A stretch of DNA of 64,000 nucleotides from Candidatus Altiarchaeota archaeon (GTDB taxonomy: Archaea > Altiarchaeota > Altiarchaeia > IMC4 > SCGC-AAA252-I15), in NCBI GenBank assembly GCA_041306075.1, contig JBFYKH010000071.1:1499-65498 (forward strand), in the 5' to 3' direction. Positions 45,809-56,188 of this stretch are shown one piece after another. Under the pieces are notes generated by a model that was given only the letters and a program-made list of their open reading frames with translations, was not told the DNA's origin and did no database searches. The first letter of the stretch is position 1. Each line of letters begins with the position of its first letter. Both the position numbers and the translations under genes were made by a program.

Positions 45809-46477
45809 ATGAAATGGAGGCTTTTCAGGCGGCAAGGCGGCTCCGAGGATGAGAAGGCCGTCCCGCCCGAGATGCTGCCGGCACCCCTTGAAGACCTGGA
45901 AGGAAGGGTCGATGCAGCCATCACCGACTACAAGGAGCGAGCGACGAAGACGGGCTCACGCATGATAAACATCGTCCCCGAAGCGTACCAGGACCACGTC
46001 CGGCTCCTGGCCCGGATAGCGTACCCTGCCAAGAACAAGGGGAGGAACGCCGGCGATTTCGAGGACGCGGTGGCGTTGAACTGGCTCGTCAAAGTCAGCC
46101 TCTTCAAATCCATCGGGCAGCAGTGGGGCCTCCATGAAGCCAGGGCTGTTGGGTCGGATGAGGCGAAGTCCGGCCTCGCGCTCACGAAGTCGGCATCCCT
46201 CTTCGCGTTCTCCGCCCCGGACGCGGCGAAGAAGAGGAGGATGATGTACGACCGCATCTCGGAGCGGGAGGCGTCGACCATGCCCAAGGACTTCACGGCG
46301 TCGCTGCCAGGCGGCGTGGAGGTAGGCTCCAAAATAATCGTGCCATCCTACCAGTTCCACTCATCCACGGTCATCGAGATGATGGCATCCGGGAAGGCCG
46401 GCGACGTCTCACAGGAAAAGAGCGTCCAGGACATGCGGCGCACGTTCCTCGCGGTCGACAGGAAGACGATGCTATAG
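45809..46477 (+). CDS. Hypothetical protein
   Basis: 222-aa ORF with protein-like composition. No family recognised. Confidence 0.45.
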   Translation: MKWRLFRRQGGSEDEKAVPPEMLPAPLEDLEGRVDAAITDYKERATKTGSRMINIVPEAYQDHVRLLARIAYPAKNKGRNAGDFEDAVALNWLVKVSLFKSIGQQWGLHEARAVGSDEAKSGLALTKSASLFAFSAPDAAKKRRMMYDRISEREASTMPKDFTASLPGGVEVGSKIIVPSYQFHSSTVIEMMASGKAGDVSQEKSVQDMRRTFLAVDRKTML

Positions 46478-46984
46478 GCGCATCCTGTCCACGAGGTAGT
46501 AAGTGATGTCGCACTCCTCGTCGACTATCGCGTATATCATGTCCTTGTTCACGTTCTTGGCGAGGCGGAGGGCGCGGGCCATCTCCGGGAAGCTGCACGT
46601 GTACTCCTCCGGGACGACGTGGACGAGGTACCTGCTGTGCCCCTTCCCCACGGCCTCCCCGCGCTCGTACAGCCTGAAGTCGGTGCCGAACTTGAGGCCG
46701 CTCCTAACCATCATGCCCCGCTCGCGCAGGTCCTTGTAGACCAGGTACTTGTTGTAGAACTCCTCCTCCTTCGCGGAGCCGAGCTTCACGACCTCCTCGA
46801 ACGACAGGGCGTCCTTGCCTTTGACAATTTCCATCTTCCCGGTCTCCAGGAGGTAGGCGGCCTCTATGATGGACAGGACGAGGGCCTTTTCCTCCATCTC
46901 CCCGTATCCCTTCTCCTTCAGCTGGCTCTTCAGGTCCCCGTCGCCGACCAAGACCTTCGTCCCAGACAATATCCCGGCAGCCAT
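46472..46984 (-). CDS. endA: tRNA-splicing endonuclease EndA (short, homotetramer-type)
   Basis: 170 aa. C-terminal catalytic pattern (GxKFGxDFxLY ... HSRYLVHVV ... K). Confidence 0.8.
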   Translation of the reverse strand: MAAGILSGTKVLVGDGDLKSQLKEKGYGEMEEKALVLSIIEAAYLLETGKMEIVKGKDALSFEEVVKLGSAKEEEFYNKYLVYKDLRERGMMVRSGLKFGTDFRLYERGEAVGKGHSRYLVHVVPEEYTCSFPEMARALRLAKNVNKDMIYAIVDEECDITYYLVDRMRL

Positions 46985-47080
46985 CCTACGGAGGTATTAT
47001 TCCGCCTACGCGATTATATAACGGAATGGCAGAGAAGACGTCCGAAGCCGTGAAGCCGAGGGGCGGCGTCAGGTGATAAT

Positions 47081-47857
47081 GTGCCGTCAGTGCCCACGCT
47101 CGAGGAGATGGGGGTCGCGGGCCTCGTTCCGGAAGAGAAGCCTGATGTGAAGGCGTCTGCGCCCGAGGACGCGCAAGCTGGCGAGGATTACGCCTTCCTG
47201 AACGGCATGCTATTCCTCTCGTTCGTCGCGCCAGCCCTGTTCGCGAAGCTCATGGGCTGGCCGCTCGCCACGTTCCACCAGTTCGTCTTCGTATGGGTAC
47301 ATGAGGCGGGCCACGGATTCTTCGGCCTCCTCGGGAACCGTGTCGTAGCGTCGGCGGCGGGGACGTTCAACGAGCTCCTGTTCACCCTCGTCCCAGCCGC
47401 CATCTGCCTCAGGGACCGGCGGGCCGTCCTCGGAGGCCTCGTCCTCCTGATGTGCGCGGGCCTAAGCGTACAGCATGCCGGATGGTACATGATGAGCGCG
47501 GAGCTCCCGTACGGATACGGCTTCGGCGGCATCAAGATGACGCCAGAGAGCCACGACTGGTCGGTGATATTCAGGGAACTCGGCTTCCTCAGGCAGTCGT
47601 ACGCGATAGGCCAGGCGACCGCAGAGGCAGGCCATGCGCTGGCGGTGATATTCCTCATCGCATCCTTGCTCGGTGCGGTACCGACGCTGTACGGCTGGCG
47701 GCCCGGAAGGTTATTCGACATAGTCTCGCCGTCATCGCTGGCCGCCCTCCTATACCTCCTCCTGTCCGGCTCAAGCCTGCTGGAAATCTCCATAGCCTTG
47801 CTGTTCACGCTCCCCCTCGCCTACCGCATACTCCTTAAATCCCGCCCTTCCGATTAG
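47081..47857 (+). CDS. Polytopic membrane protein with an HExxH (HEAGH) motif in a TM helix: putative intramembrane metalloprotease-like protein
   Basis: 258 aa. HEAGHGFFG in the TM region, a later SHDW motif and about 6 TM helices. Confidence 0.55.
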   Translation: MPSVPTLEEMGVAGLVPEEKPDVKASAPEDAQAGEDYAFLNGMLFLSFVAPALFAKLMGWPLATFHQFVFVWVHEAGHGFFGLLGNRVVASAAGTFNELLFTLVPAAICLRDRRAVLGGLVLLMCAGLSVQHAGWYMMSAELPYGYGFGGIKMTPESHDWSVIFRELGFLRQSYAIGQATAEAGHALAVIFLIASLLGAVPTLYGWRPGRLFDIVSPSSLAALLYLLLSGSSLLEISIALLFTLPLAYRILLKSRPSD

Positions 47858-47862
47858 TCAAT

Positions 47863-48411
47863 ATGGAACCGGCGCTGTTGGCGGCATCGGTGGCGGTCGC
47901 CACCTTAGCGGGCGGGGCGTTCTCCGCGCTCGTAATGCGGCGCCTCGGCTTCTCGCGCGTCCTCCGTCTGATACGGCTCCCCCTCATCTTGTGGCTTATC
48001 GCCGCCGCGGCCGACTTCACAGCGACTGCCGAGGCGGCGGTCGCGAACCCGCTACTGGAGGCTAACCCGTACATACGTTACGCCGTCGCCGCCTACGGTG
48101 GCTTGGGGCTGGCGGCGTTCGCCTTCCTGTGGGTAGTCTCCTGGCTGGCGCTCGCCATGCTCCTTGAGACCTGCAGGGGGAAGATGCCTGGCAGCGCAGT
48201 CGAATACCTCCAGCTGGCCTTGACCTACACGCTCGCAGCCGGACACCTCCTTGCCTGGGCGGCATGGGCTGGCTACGGCTCCATAGCGGACGGGAGCCCG
48301 CCCCTGTACTACTTCCCCTACGTCCTCTTAGGCGGCGGTTTAGGTGTAATCCACCAGGCTGCCAGGAAAAGGCCACACGAACCCCCGGGGCCGAATCATC
48401 GCCCAGCATGA
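47863..48411 (+). CDS. Hypothetical polytopic membrane protein
   Basis: 182 aa, about 5 TM helices. Its stop overlaps the next gene's start. Confidence 0.45.
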   Translation: MEPALLAASVAVATLAGGAFSALVMRRLGFSRVLRLIRLPLILWLIAAAADFTATAEAAVANPLLEANPYIRYAVAAYGGLGLAAFAFLWVVSWLALAMLLETCRGKMPGSAVEYLQLALTYTLAAGHLLAWAAWAGYGSIADGSPPLYYFPYVLLGGGLGVIHQAARKRPHEPPGPNHRPA

Positions 48412-49184
48412 TATTTACCCTTGTGATTCGTATATCCCGGGTGGACGAGTACTGGTCAGACTACTACTACGACCGCCACGCCGATATCAATCAGCTGGCC
48501 ATGGTCGTCCTGGTGCTGCCGACCGTAATCCTAACCCTCATGGGCCAGAGAATAGACCTCTACTTCGCGCTCGTGTCGACCTTGTTCCACGAGGCGGGCC
48601 ACATACTCGTCCAAATCTTCACATCGGACCGCACCGTCATAGCCGCGGCGGGAACAGCCACCCAGGCGGCGGTCACGGTCTTGCCTTCGCTATACCTCAT
48701 CCGAGACCGAAGGACGCATGCCGCAGCCGCCGCATTCCTCATGTGCGCCTCGGCACTCGTCATGGCGTCCGGCCACTACATGAGCACCGCGCTCACGATG
48801 GACGGCGTCAACTACCTGGGGCAGAAGCTCACGGCATCAAGGCATGACTGGACCCAAATATACCACTCCTTCGGGATACCCCTCGCAGACGCCCAGCCAA
48901 ACGGCAGAATCATCGAGACAGCCGGCGAGGCCGCGGCCTGGGTATTCCTCGCCTCCTCGCTCCTCTTGTACGCCTCCAGCCTCCTGTTGCCCGGGCGCCT
49001 GAACATGGCGCACGCCGTCACAGCCTCATCAATCCCGTTCCTGGCATACTCCCTCGAATACGGCGACCCGTCAGCCAGGTACTCGTGCATCCTTCTTTTG
49101 GCCGCTGGCGCGCTCGCCTCGATCCTGCCGGCGGCGGCCGGGCGGCTGAAGAGGGCTGATGTTTTATACCCGCCGTCTCTTTGA
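48408..49184 (+). CDS. Paralog of 47081-47857: membrane protein with HEAGH and RHDW motifs
   Basis: The start was set at MIFTLVI (ATGA overlap with the upstream stop). It carries HEAGHILVQ and ASRHDW in positions equivalent to the first copy. Confidence 0.55.
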   Translation: MIFTLVIRISRVDEYWSDYYYDRHADINQLAMVVLVLPTVILTLMGQRIDLYFALVSTLFHEAGHILVQIFTSDRTVIAAAGTATQAAVTVLPSLYLIRDRRTHAAAAAFLMCASALVMASGHYMSTALTMDGVNYLGQKLTASRHDWTQIYHSFGIPLADAQPNGRIIETAGEAAAWVFLASSLLLYASSLLLPGRLNMAHAVTASSIPFLAYSLEYGDPSARYSCILLLAAGALASILPAAAGRLKRADVLYPPSL

Positions 49185-49233
49185 TTACCCAGGGCATACT
49201 CTTCAGCGGCCCATTAGGCGCACGGCCACAGAC

Positions 49234-50208
49234 ATGAACATTCTAGGACTCGAAGGGACCGCCCATACCCTGGGCGTGGGTATAGTCGACGGGGGATTCA
49301 AGCCTCTCGCCGACGTGAGGAACCAGTACGTCCCAGAGTCCGGGGGGATACACCCCAGGGACGCGAGCCAACACATGAGCGCCGTGATGGGGGAGACGCT
49401 CGAACAGGCCCTCCATGAGGCGGGCCTCGGGATGCCGGACATAGACCTCGTCTCATTCAGCCGCGGCCCAGGCCTCGGCCCATGCCTGAGGACGGTGGCG
49501 ACCGCGGCCAGGACGCTAGCCCTCTACCACCGGAAACCCATCGTCGCAGTCAACCACTGCATAGCCCACATAGAGGTCGGCAAGGTGCTCAGCGGATTCA
49601 CCGACCCCCTCGTCCTATACGCGAGCGGCGCCAACAGCCAGGTCATCAAGCGGAGGGACGGCCGCTACAGGGTCTTCGGCGAGACGCTCGACATCGGAGT
49701 CGGCAACATGCTCGACAAGTTCGGAAGGGAGGTCGGCCTCGCCCACCCCGCCGGCCCGAAGATAGAGGCCCTCGCGGCGTCCGGCCGCGAACTCATCGAA
49801 TTGCCCTACGTGGTGAAGGGCACGGACATGAGCTTCAGCGGCATACTCACGTCGGCCATCCGCCTACACCGGCAGGGGAGGCGGCTCGAGGACCTGTGCT
49901 ACAGCCTCCAGGAGACCTGCTTCGCAATGCTCTGCGAGGTCTCGGAGCGCGCGCTCGCGCACATCAAGGCCGGGGAGGTCCTGCTCGCAGGAGGCGTCGG
50001 ATACAACAGGCGCCTCCAGGACATGCTCCGCCAGGTCGCCGAAGAACACGGCGCCAGGTTCGACTACCCCGGGAAATACATGGGCGACAACGGCGTGATG
50101 ATAGCGATGACCGGCCTCAAGATGCACAACGCCGGAGTCATGATGAGGCCGGAGGAGGCGATGGTCGTCGCGGACGAGCGCACAGACGACGTCGAAGTCA
50201 ACTGGTGA
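49234..50208 (+). CDS. kae1: tRNA N6-adenosine threonylcarbamoyltransferase Kae1 (KEOPS catalytic subunit)
   Basis: The start was trimmed to MNILGLEGTAHTLGVG. Kae1/TsaD motifs are present (HCIAHIE, GGVGYN, metal-binding His pair). Confidence 0.9.
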   Translation: MNILGLEGTAHTLGVGIVDGGFKPLADVRNQYVPESGGIHPRDASQHMSAVMGETLEQALHEAGLGMPDIDLVSFSRGPGLGPCLRTVATAARTLALYHRKPIVAVNHCIAHIEVGKVLSGFTDPLVLYASGANSQVIKRRDGRYRVFGETLDIGVGNMLDKFGREVGLAHPAGPKIEALAASGRELIELPYVVKGTDMSFSGILTSAIRLHRQGRRLEDLCYSLQETCFAMLCEVSERALAHIKAGEVLLAGGVGYNRRLQDMLRQVAEEHGARFDYPGKYMGDNGVMIAMTGLKMHNAGVMMRPEEAMVVADERTDDVEVNW

Positions 50209-50245
50209 CCGGCGTATTTATCCCCCGGGAGCGGTATCTTCTATT

Positions 50246-50686
50246 ATGAGCGTGGAGAAGACGCTGCAACCCTCCAACCATCCGCAGCTGCCGGAGCCGG
50301 CCGAGGTCGAGTTCGCCGAACTCATGGAGCGCAGGCTAGAGGTGAGGCGAGGCCTCGGGCCCATGAAGGACATAACTGTCATCGGGGAAAATCCACTGGC
50401 ACACGGCCGCAAATCAAAGGGCATCATAGCATCGACCCGGTGGGGCAGCTTCGTCGTGGGCATGGACAGCCACCTCGACGCTGCGGGAGCCCTTGACGAG
50501 TACCTGGAGAAGCACGGCCACGAACCCCAGTCAGACCGGAGCCTGCAGGCAATCAACTATTCTCTGCACTTCCCGAAAGGACGCAGGACGGTGGACCTGG
50601 ACGGCCGCGCGGACCTGAAGTGCATCAGGATGGGGGAGGAGGTCCTCCGGGACATGGGTTTCCGGGGGGTCGTGAAAGGTATTTAG
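50246..50686 (+). CDS. Hypothetical protein
   Basis: 146 aa immediately downstream of kae1. It shows no convincing similarity to Cgi121, Pcc1 or Bud32 by eye. Confidence 0.4.
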   Translation: MSVEKTLQPSNHPQLPEPAEVEFAELMERRLEVRRGLGPMKDITVIGENPLAHGRKSKGIIASTRWGSFVVGMDSHLDAAGALDEYLEKHGHEPQSDRSLQAINYSLHFPKGRRTVDLDGRADLKCIRMGEEVLRDMGFRGVVKGI

Positions 50687-50710
50687 CCTGCGACCACGTA
50701 TCTAAATACG

Positions 50711-52630
50711 ATGAGCGACGAGAAGCCCCCGGCCCAGGACAAGGCCAAGGAGCCGCGGCTCGAAGCCTCCGCGATGAAGTCCTGGCGGGACTTCAAGACC
50801 ACGGACGAGATAAAGGTTCCGACAAGGCTGGTCGACCAGGTCGTCGGCCAGGAGAAGGCAGTCAACATAATCAAGAAGGCCGCCAAGCAGAGGCGGCACA
50901 TACTCCTCATAGGCGACCCCGGGACCGGCAAGAGCATGCTAGCCAACGCGATGGCCGAGCTCCTCCCGTGCGAGGCGCTGGTCGACATACTGGCGATACC
51001 CAACGTCGACGACGAGAACAACCCGAAGGTGACTGTCGTCCCGGCGATGGACGGCCGGAAGATTGTGAAGGCGGAGCGGGAGAAGGAGAGCGCTGGCGCG
51101 AAGGACGGCAGCGGCCGCGTCCCGCTCATGCTGTTCGTCTTCTTCTTCCTTCCGCTCGCGCTCTACGTGTTCGGGATAGTCACCGACGGCATAGTCATAG
51201 CCGCCATGATGGCGTTCGGGATAGTCCTGTTCCTCCTCTTCGGAGTCAACTTCAGGTTCATGATGGGGCCCCCGAAGAGCATGGCGCCGAGGATAATCGT
51301 CGACAACACCGACCGGAAGGTGGCGCCGTTCTTCGACGGCACCGGAGCCCACGCGGGCGCCCTCCTCGGGGACATCAAGCACGACCCCCTCCAGTCCGGC
51401 GGCCTCGGCACGCCCGCCCACCTCAGGGTCGTCGCAGGGCTCATACACAAGGCGCACAAGGGCGTCCTGTTCATAGACGAGGTCGGCACCCTCGGCAACT
51501 CGCAGCTGGACCTACTCACCGCACTGCAGGAGAAGCAGCTGTCCATAACCGGCAGGAGCGAGATGAGCTCCGGGGCGATGGTGATGACCGAGCCCGTCCC
51601 CTGCGACTTCATACTCGTCGCGTCCGGGAACATACAGGCGATTGAGGCGATGCATCCCGCCCTACGCTCCAGGATACGCGGGTACGGGTACGAGATATTC
51701 ATGCGGGAGACCATCGAGGACAACGACGAGAACCGGCGTAGGATGGTGCAGTTCGTCGCCCAGGAGGTCAGGAAGGACGCGAAGATACCGCACTTCACCG
51801 TCGACGCGGTCGACGAAATACTCAGGGAGGCAAAGCGGCGCTCCGGCACCAAGGACAAGCTCACGCTCCGTTTCAGGGACCTCGGCGGCATCATCAGGGC
51901 GGCAGGCGACGTCGCCAACGAGAAGAAGCACAAGTACGTCACCGCCGAGGACGTCCTGGAGGGCAAGAAGAGCGCGAGGACCCTCGAGCAGCAGGTCGGG
52001 GACTTCTACCTCGACAAGAAGAAGGAGTACAACATACTGATAACGTCCGGCAGCAGGGTCGGCCGCGTCAACGGCCTCGCGGTGATGGGCGAGGGCGGGA
52101 CCGTCCTGCCGATAGTCGCGGAGGTGGCGCCAGCGCACACCCAGAAGAGCGGGCAAATCATCGCTACCGGCAAGCTCGGGGAGATAGCGAAGGAGGCGGT
52201 GACCAACGTCTCCGCGCTCTTCAAGAAGGTGCTCGGCAAGGACATCAGCAACCACGACATACACGTCCAGTTCCTCCAGACCTACGAGGGGGTGGAGGGC
52301 GACAGCGCGTCAGTGAGCGTGGCCGTGGCCGTGCTCTCGGCCCTCGAGAAGGTGGGCGTCCGCCAGGACGTAGCGATGACGGGCTCGCTCACGGTCCGCG
52401 GCGAAGTCCTGCCTGTCGGCGGGGTGACGCAGAAGATAGAGGCCGCGGTGGAGGCCGGGATAAAGAAGGTGGTGATACCGGAGAGCAACATGAAGGACGT
52501 CCTCATCGAGAAGCGCTACGAGGGGATGATAGAGATAGTCCCTGCGAAGACCCTCATCGACGTCCTCAGGCACGCCCTGGTGAAGGGCGATCATCTGATA
52601 AAGATGATGGAAGCCGTAGTGGACGCATAA
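50711..52630 (+). CDS. lonB: Archaeal membrane-bound ATP-dependent Lon protease (LonB)
   Basis: Walker A GDPGTGKS, two TM helices inserted in the AAA+ module, and the C-terminal Ser-Lys protease domain ([17 protein letters not shown] ... K). Confidence 0.93.
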   Translation: MSDEKPPAQDKAKEPRLEASAMKSWRDFKTTDEIKVPTRLVDQVVGQEKAVNIIKKAAKQRRHILLIGDPGTGKSMLANAMAELLPCEALVDILAIPNVDDENNPKVTVVPAMDGRKIVKAEREKESAGAKDGSGRVPLMLFVFFFLPLALYVFGIVTDGIVIAAMMAFGIVLFLLFGVNFRFMMGPPKSMAPRIIVDNTDRKVAPFFDGTGAHAGALLGDIKHDPLQSGGLGTPAHLRVVAGLIHKAHKGVLFIDEVGTLGNSQLDLLTALQEKQLSITGRSEMSSGAMVMTEPVPCDFILVASGNIQAIEAMHPALRSRIRGYGYEIFMRETIEDNDENRRRMVQFVAQEVRKDAKIPHFTVDAVDEILREAKRRSGTKDKLTLRFRDLGGIIRAAGDVANEKKHKYVTAEDVLEGKKSARTLEQQVGDFYLDKKKEYNILITSGSRVGRVNGLAVMGEGGTVLPIVAEVAPAHTQKSGQIIATGKLGEIAKEAVTNVSALFKKVLGKDISNHDIHVQFLQTYEGVEGDSASVSVAVAVLSALEKVGVRQDVAMTGSLTVRGEVLPVGGVTQKIEAAVEAGIKKVVIPESNMKDVLIEKRYEGMIEIVPAKTLIDVLRHALVKGDHLIKMMEAVVDA

Positions 52631-52699
52631 GGAACTTTTCCCATCCACTCTAGCCGGGCATTTAATAAACACAATCCTCTATAACGTATATCCCAAAAA

Positions 52700-53650
52700 A
52701 TGGAACTTGAGGAGCTTTCAGGCGTCGGAGCCACAATCGCGGAGAAGCTGCGCGAGTCAGGCTACGGCAGCATAGAGGCGGTGGCATGCGCGACCACCGG
52801 GGAGCTCAAGGACGTCGGCATCGGTGAGGCCAGCGCGGTAAAGATAATCCAGGCGGCCCGCGAATCGCTCCACATGGGATTCGAGACCGGCCTCGACGTC
52901 CTCGCGAAGCGCGAGAACGTCGGCAAGATCACGACCGGCAGCAAGGAGCTGGACAAGCTGTTCGGCGGCGGCGTCGAGACCTCTGCGATAACCGAGTTCT
53001 TCGGCAAGTTCGGCTCCGGGAAGACCCAGATAGCCCACCAGCTCTCGGTGAACGTCCAGCTCCCAAAGAGCAAGGGCGGCCTCGAGGGGACCGCCATATA
53101 CATCGACACAGAGAACACGTTCAGGCCGGACCGCATACAGCAGATGGCGAAGGCCGTTAAAATCAAGCCCGAGGAGGCGCTGGCCAACATCCTGGTGGCG
53201 CGGGCCTACAACTCGGACCATCAGATGCTGCTTGCGGAGAAGGCGTCCGAGCTCGTGAAGGAGAAGAACGTGAAGCTAGTCATCGTGGACTCGCTGACCG
53301 CCCACTTCAGGGCGGAGTACACGGGACGCGGAACGCTCGCGAACAGGCAGCAGAAGCTCAACCGCCACATGCACACCCTCCAGCGGAAGGTAGGGGACAT
53401 GCACAACGCAGCCGTGGTGGTCACCAACCAGGTGATGGCGCGCCCGGACATACTGTTCGGCGACCCGACGGCGCCGATAGGCGGCCACATAGTGGGCCAC
53501 CACAGCACCTTCAGGGTCTACCTGAAGAAGGGGAAGGGCAACAAGCGGATAGCGGACCTCATAGACTCGCCGAACATGCCAGACGGCGAGTGCGTGTTCG
53601 ACGTCACCACGGACGGCATAGAGGACTCCAAGGAGTCGAAGACGAAGTAG
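52700..53650 (+). CDS. radA: DNA repair and recombination protein RadA
   Basis: N-terminal HhH ([13 protein letters not shown]), Walker [10 protein letters not shown] and Walker B (VIVDSL). Confidence 0.95.
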   Translation: MELEELSGVGATIAEKLRESGYGSIEAVACATTGELKDVGIGEASAVKIIQAARESLHMGFETGLDVLAKRENVGKITTGSKELDKLFGGGVETSAITEFFGKFGSGKTQIAHQLSVNVQLPKSKGGLEGTAIYIDTENTFRPDRIQQMAKAVKIKPEEALANILVARAYNSDHQMLLAEKASELVKEKNVKLVIVDSLTAHFRAEYTGRGTLANRQQKLNRHMHTLQRKVGDMHNAAVVVTNQVMARPDILFGDPTAPIGGHIVGHHSTFRVYLKKGKGNKRIADLIDSPNMPDGECVFDVTTDGIEDSKESKTK

Positions 53651-53676
53651 ATTTAACGCTAATCCAAGTGGTAACC

Positions 53677-54849
53677 ATGAGGAACATCTTTATTGAGTTC
53701 CCCCAGGAAAAGCCGCTCCGAGAGCAGAACATGGAGCTGGTTGAGAGGAAGGGGATTGGGCATCCGGACAGCATATGTGACGGCCTTGCTGAAGCGGTCA
53801 GCCGGGCGCTTTCGAACGAGTACATGAAGCGGTACGGGCATGTACTGCACCACAATACCGACCAGGTGGAGCTCGTCGGGGGCAGAAGCAGCCCGAAATG
53901 GGGCGCGGGGGAGATTGACTCGCCGATTTACATACTCCTGTCCGGGAGGGCCACCACCGAGGTCAACTGCGAGCCGGTGCCTGTCGGAGAGATAGCCATC
54001 GAAGCCGCGAAGAAGTACATGCGGGAGAACCTTAGGAACGTCGACATCGACAAGGGCGTCATAATGGACCAGAAGATAGGCCTCGGGTCCACGGACCTAA
54101 GGTCCGTCTTCGGCCGCACCGGCATGCCGAAGGCCAACGACACTTCGTTCGGCGTAAGCTTCGCCCCGTTCACCCTGACGGAGACCCTCACCTACGAGGT
54201 GGAGCGGTACATGAACGGGAAGATGAAGAAGAAGGTGAAGGCGTCCGGCGAGGACATCAAGGTTATGGGGGAGCGCCACAAGGACGAGATTGTGCTGACG
54301 ATATGCAATGCGATGGTGTCCAAGCACATCAAGGACATCAACGACTACTCATGCATAATGGAGGAGGAGAAGCGCCTCATCGAGGATTTCGTGGCCGGCA
54401 TAACCGACAAGAAGGTGAAGATAGAGCTTAATACTGGCGACGACCTTCAGAACGAGAGCGTCTTCCTGACCGTGACCGGAACGAGCGCGGAGCAGGGCGA
54501 CGACGGCTCGGTCGGCCGCGGCAACAGGGCCAACGGCCTTATCACTCCGTACCGGCCCATGAGCATGGAGGCGACGAGCGGCAAGAACCCGGTGAACCAC
54601 GTGGGCAAGATGTACAACCTCCTCTCGAAGGAGATAGCCTGCGAGATAGCTGAGGAGGGCGCGAAGCAGGTTTATGTGAGGATACTCAGCCAGATAGGCC
54701 ACCCCATAGACCAGCCCCTGTGCTGCGACATACAGCTCATCGGGCCCCAGAAGCTCAAGCGGAAGGCGTATGACATAGCCGACTCCCGGCTCGAGAACAT
54801 AGAGGATGTCACGAAGGCATGCCTGAAGGGTACGGCCGAGACCTTCTAG
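53677..54849 (+). CDS. S-adenosylmethionine synthetase, archaeal type
   Basis: Archaeal MAT signature [14 protein letters not shown]. The start was trimmed to MRNIFIE (the ORF track starts at 53590, inside radA). Confidence 0.9.
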   Translation: MRNIFIEFPQEKPLREQNMELVERKGIGHPDSICDGLAEAVSRALSNEYMKRYGHVLHHNTDQVELVGGRSSPKWGAGEIDSPIYILLSGRATTEVNCEPVPVGEIAIEAAKKYMRENLRNVDIDKGVIMDQKIGLGSTDLRSVFGRTGMPKANDTSFGVSFAPFTLTETLTYEVERYMNGKMKKKVKASGEDIKVMGERHKDEIVLTICNAMVSKHIKDINDYSCIMEEEKRLIEDFVAGITDKKVKIELNTGDDLQNESVFLTVTGTSAEQGDDGSVGRGNRANGLITPYRPMSMEATSGKNPVNHVGKMYNLLSKEIACEIAEEGAKQVYVRILSQIGHPIDQPLCCDIQLIGPQKLKRKAYDIADSRLENIEDVTKACLKGTAETF

Positions 54850-54934
54850 GCGCCTAGGACGGCCCGGCCGCAAGGCCGGGCGGCCTTTATTATCCCCCCT
54901 ACGTCATATGGTTACCTCAAGCAAGTGATACACC

Positions 54935-56182
54935 TTGGAGGACTCATTTTACCTGCCTTTGTCGGAGGCCGACCCTGAGGTTGCGGCCGCGGTAGCGTCT
55001 GAGATGAGCCGGCAGGAGGGGATAAACCTTATTGCGTCGGAGAGCCTGTCGTCGGCCGCCGTCCGCGAGGCTTGCGCATCCGTCATGACGAACAAGTACG
55101 CGGAAGGCTATCCGCACAAGCGGTATTACGGCGGGTGCGAGAACGTCGACCTGGTCGAGGACCTCGCCATCGAGCGCGCGAAGAGGCTGTTCGGGGCGGA
55201 TCATGTGAACGTGCAGCCGCACTCGGGGACTCAGGCGAACCTCGCCGTCTACCTTGCCGTCCTGAAGCCGGGGGACACCCTACTCTCGATGGAGCTCAGC
55301 CACGGAGGCCACCTGAGCCACGGATACAAGATTAACGAGTCCGGGAAGGTGTATAAGGGGGAGTTCTATACGGTGAGCCGGAAGACCGGCGCCCTGGACA
55401 TGTCGGAGGTCGCCGCGAGGGCGAGGGAGGTGAAGCCAAAGCTCATAGTCTGCGGGTACAGTGCGTACCCGAGGACGGTCCCGTTCAAGGAGTTCCGTGA
55501 GGTGGCTGACGATGTCGGCGCCTACCTGATGGCGGACATAGCGCACATAGCGGGCCTCGTGGGTGCGGAAGTCCACCCGTCGCCGGTGAAATACGCGGAC
55601 TTCGTCACCACCACGACCCACAAGACGCTTATGGGCCCGCGGGGCGCGATGATAATGTGCCGCCAGGAGCATGCGCAGGCCGTCGACCGGGCGGTGTTTC
55701 CGGGCTGCCAGGGCGGGCCGTTCATGCACATCATAGCCGCGAAGGCGGTGTGCTTCAGGGAGAACATGACGAAAGCCCGCCGGGGGATGATGTCGCAGGT
55801 CGTCGCCAACTCTAAGGCGCTGGCCCGAGGCCTCCTGGAGGACGGGTTCGACCTCGTGTCCGGCGGCACGGACAACCACCTCATGCTCGCGGACCTGACA
55901 GGGAAGGGCTTGACCGGGAAGGCCGCGGAGTCCGCATTGGGCGAGGCGGGCATAACGTTGAACAAGAACACGGTGCCCTACGACAAGCAGAGCCCCTTCG
56001 TGACGTCGGGCGTCAGGCTGGGGACGCCGTGCGTCACCGCCCGGGGCATGAAGGAGGCCGAGATGAGGCAGATTGCCTCGTGGATAGGCGAGGTCGTCGG
56101 CAGGCCGCAGGATGCGGCGGTCCGCGAAAGAATCAGAACTGAAGCCGGAGCGCTCTGCCTGAAGCATCCGATATACCGGTGA
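54935..56182 (+). CDS. glyA: Serine hydroxymethyltransferase
   Basis: PLP-Lys region ([14 protein letters not shown]) and typical SHMT N-terminal motifs. Confidence 0.95.
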   Translation: MEDSFYLPLSEADPEVAAAVASEMSRQEGINLIASESLSSAAVREACASVMTNKYAEGYPHKRYYGGCENVDLVEDLAIERAKRLFGADHVNVQPHSGTQANLAVYLAVLKPGDTLLSMELSHGGHLSHGYKINESGKVYKGEFYTVSRKTGALDMSEVAARAREVKPKLIVCGYSAYPRTVPFKEFREVADDVGAYLMADIAHIAGLVGAEVHPSPVKYADFVTTTTHKTLMGPRGAMIMCRQEHAQAVDRAVFPGCQGGPFMHIIAAKAVCFRENMTKARRGMMSQVVANSKALARGLLEDGFDLVSGGTDNHLMLADLTGKGLTGKAAESALGEAGITLNKNTVPYDKQSPFVTSGVRLGTPCVTARGMKEAEMRQIASWIGEVVGRPQDAAVRERIRTEAGALCLKHPIYR

Positions 56183-56188
56183 CCCCGG

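Noticed and set aside
52700-54849. Amber (TAG) read-through / pyrrolysine usage
   Set aside because: TAG is used as an ordinary stop, for example at the ends of radA (53648-53650) and the SAM synthetase gene (54847-54849). There is no sign of in-frame TAG within conserved genes.
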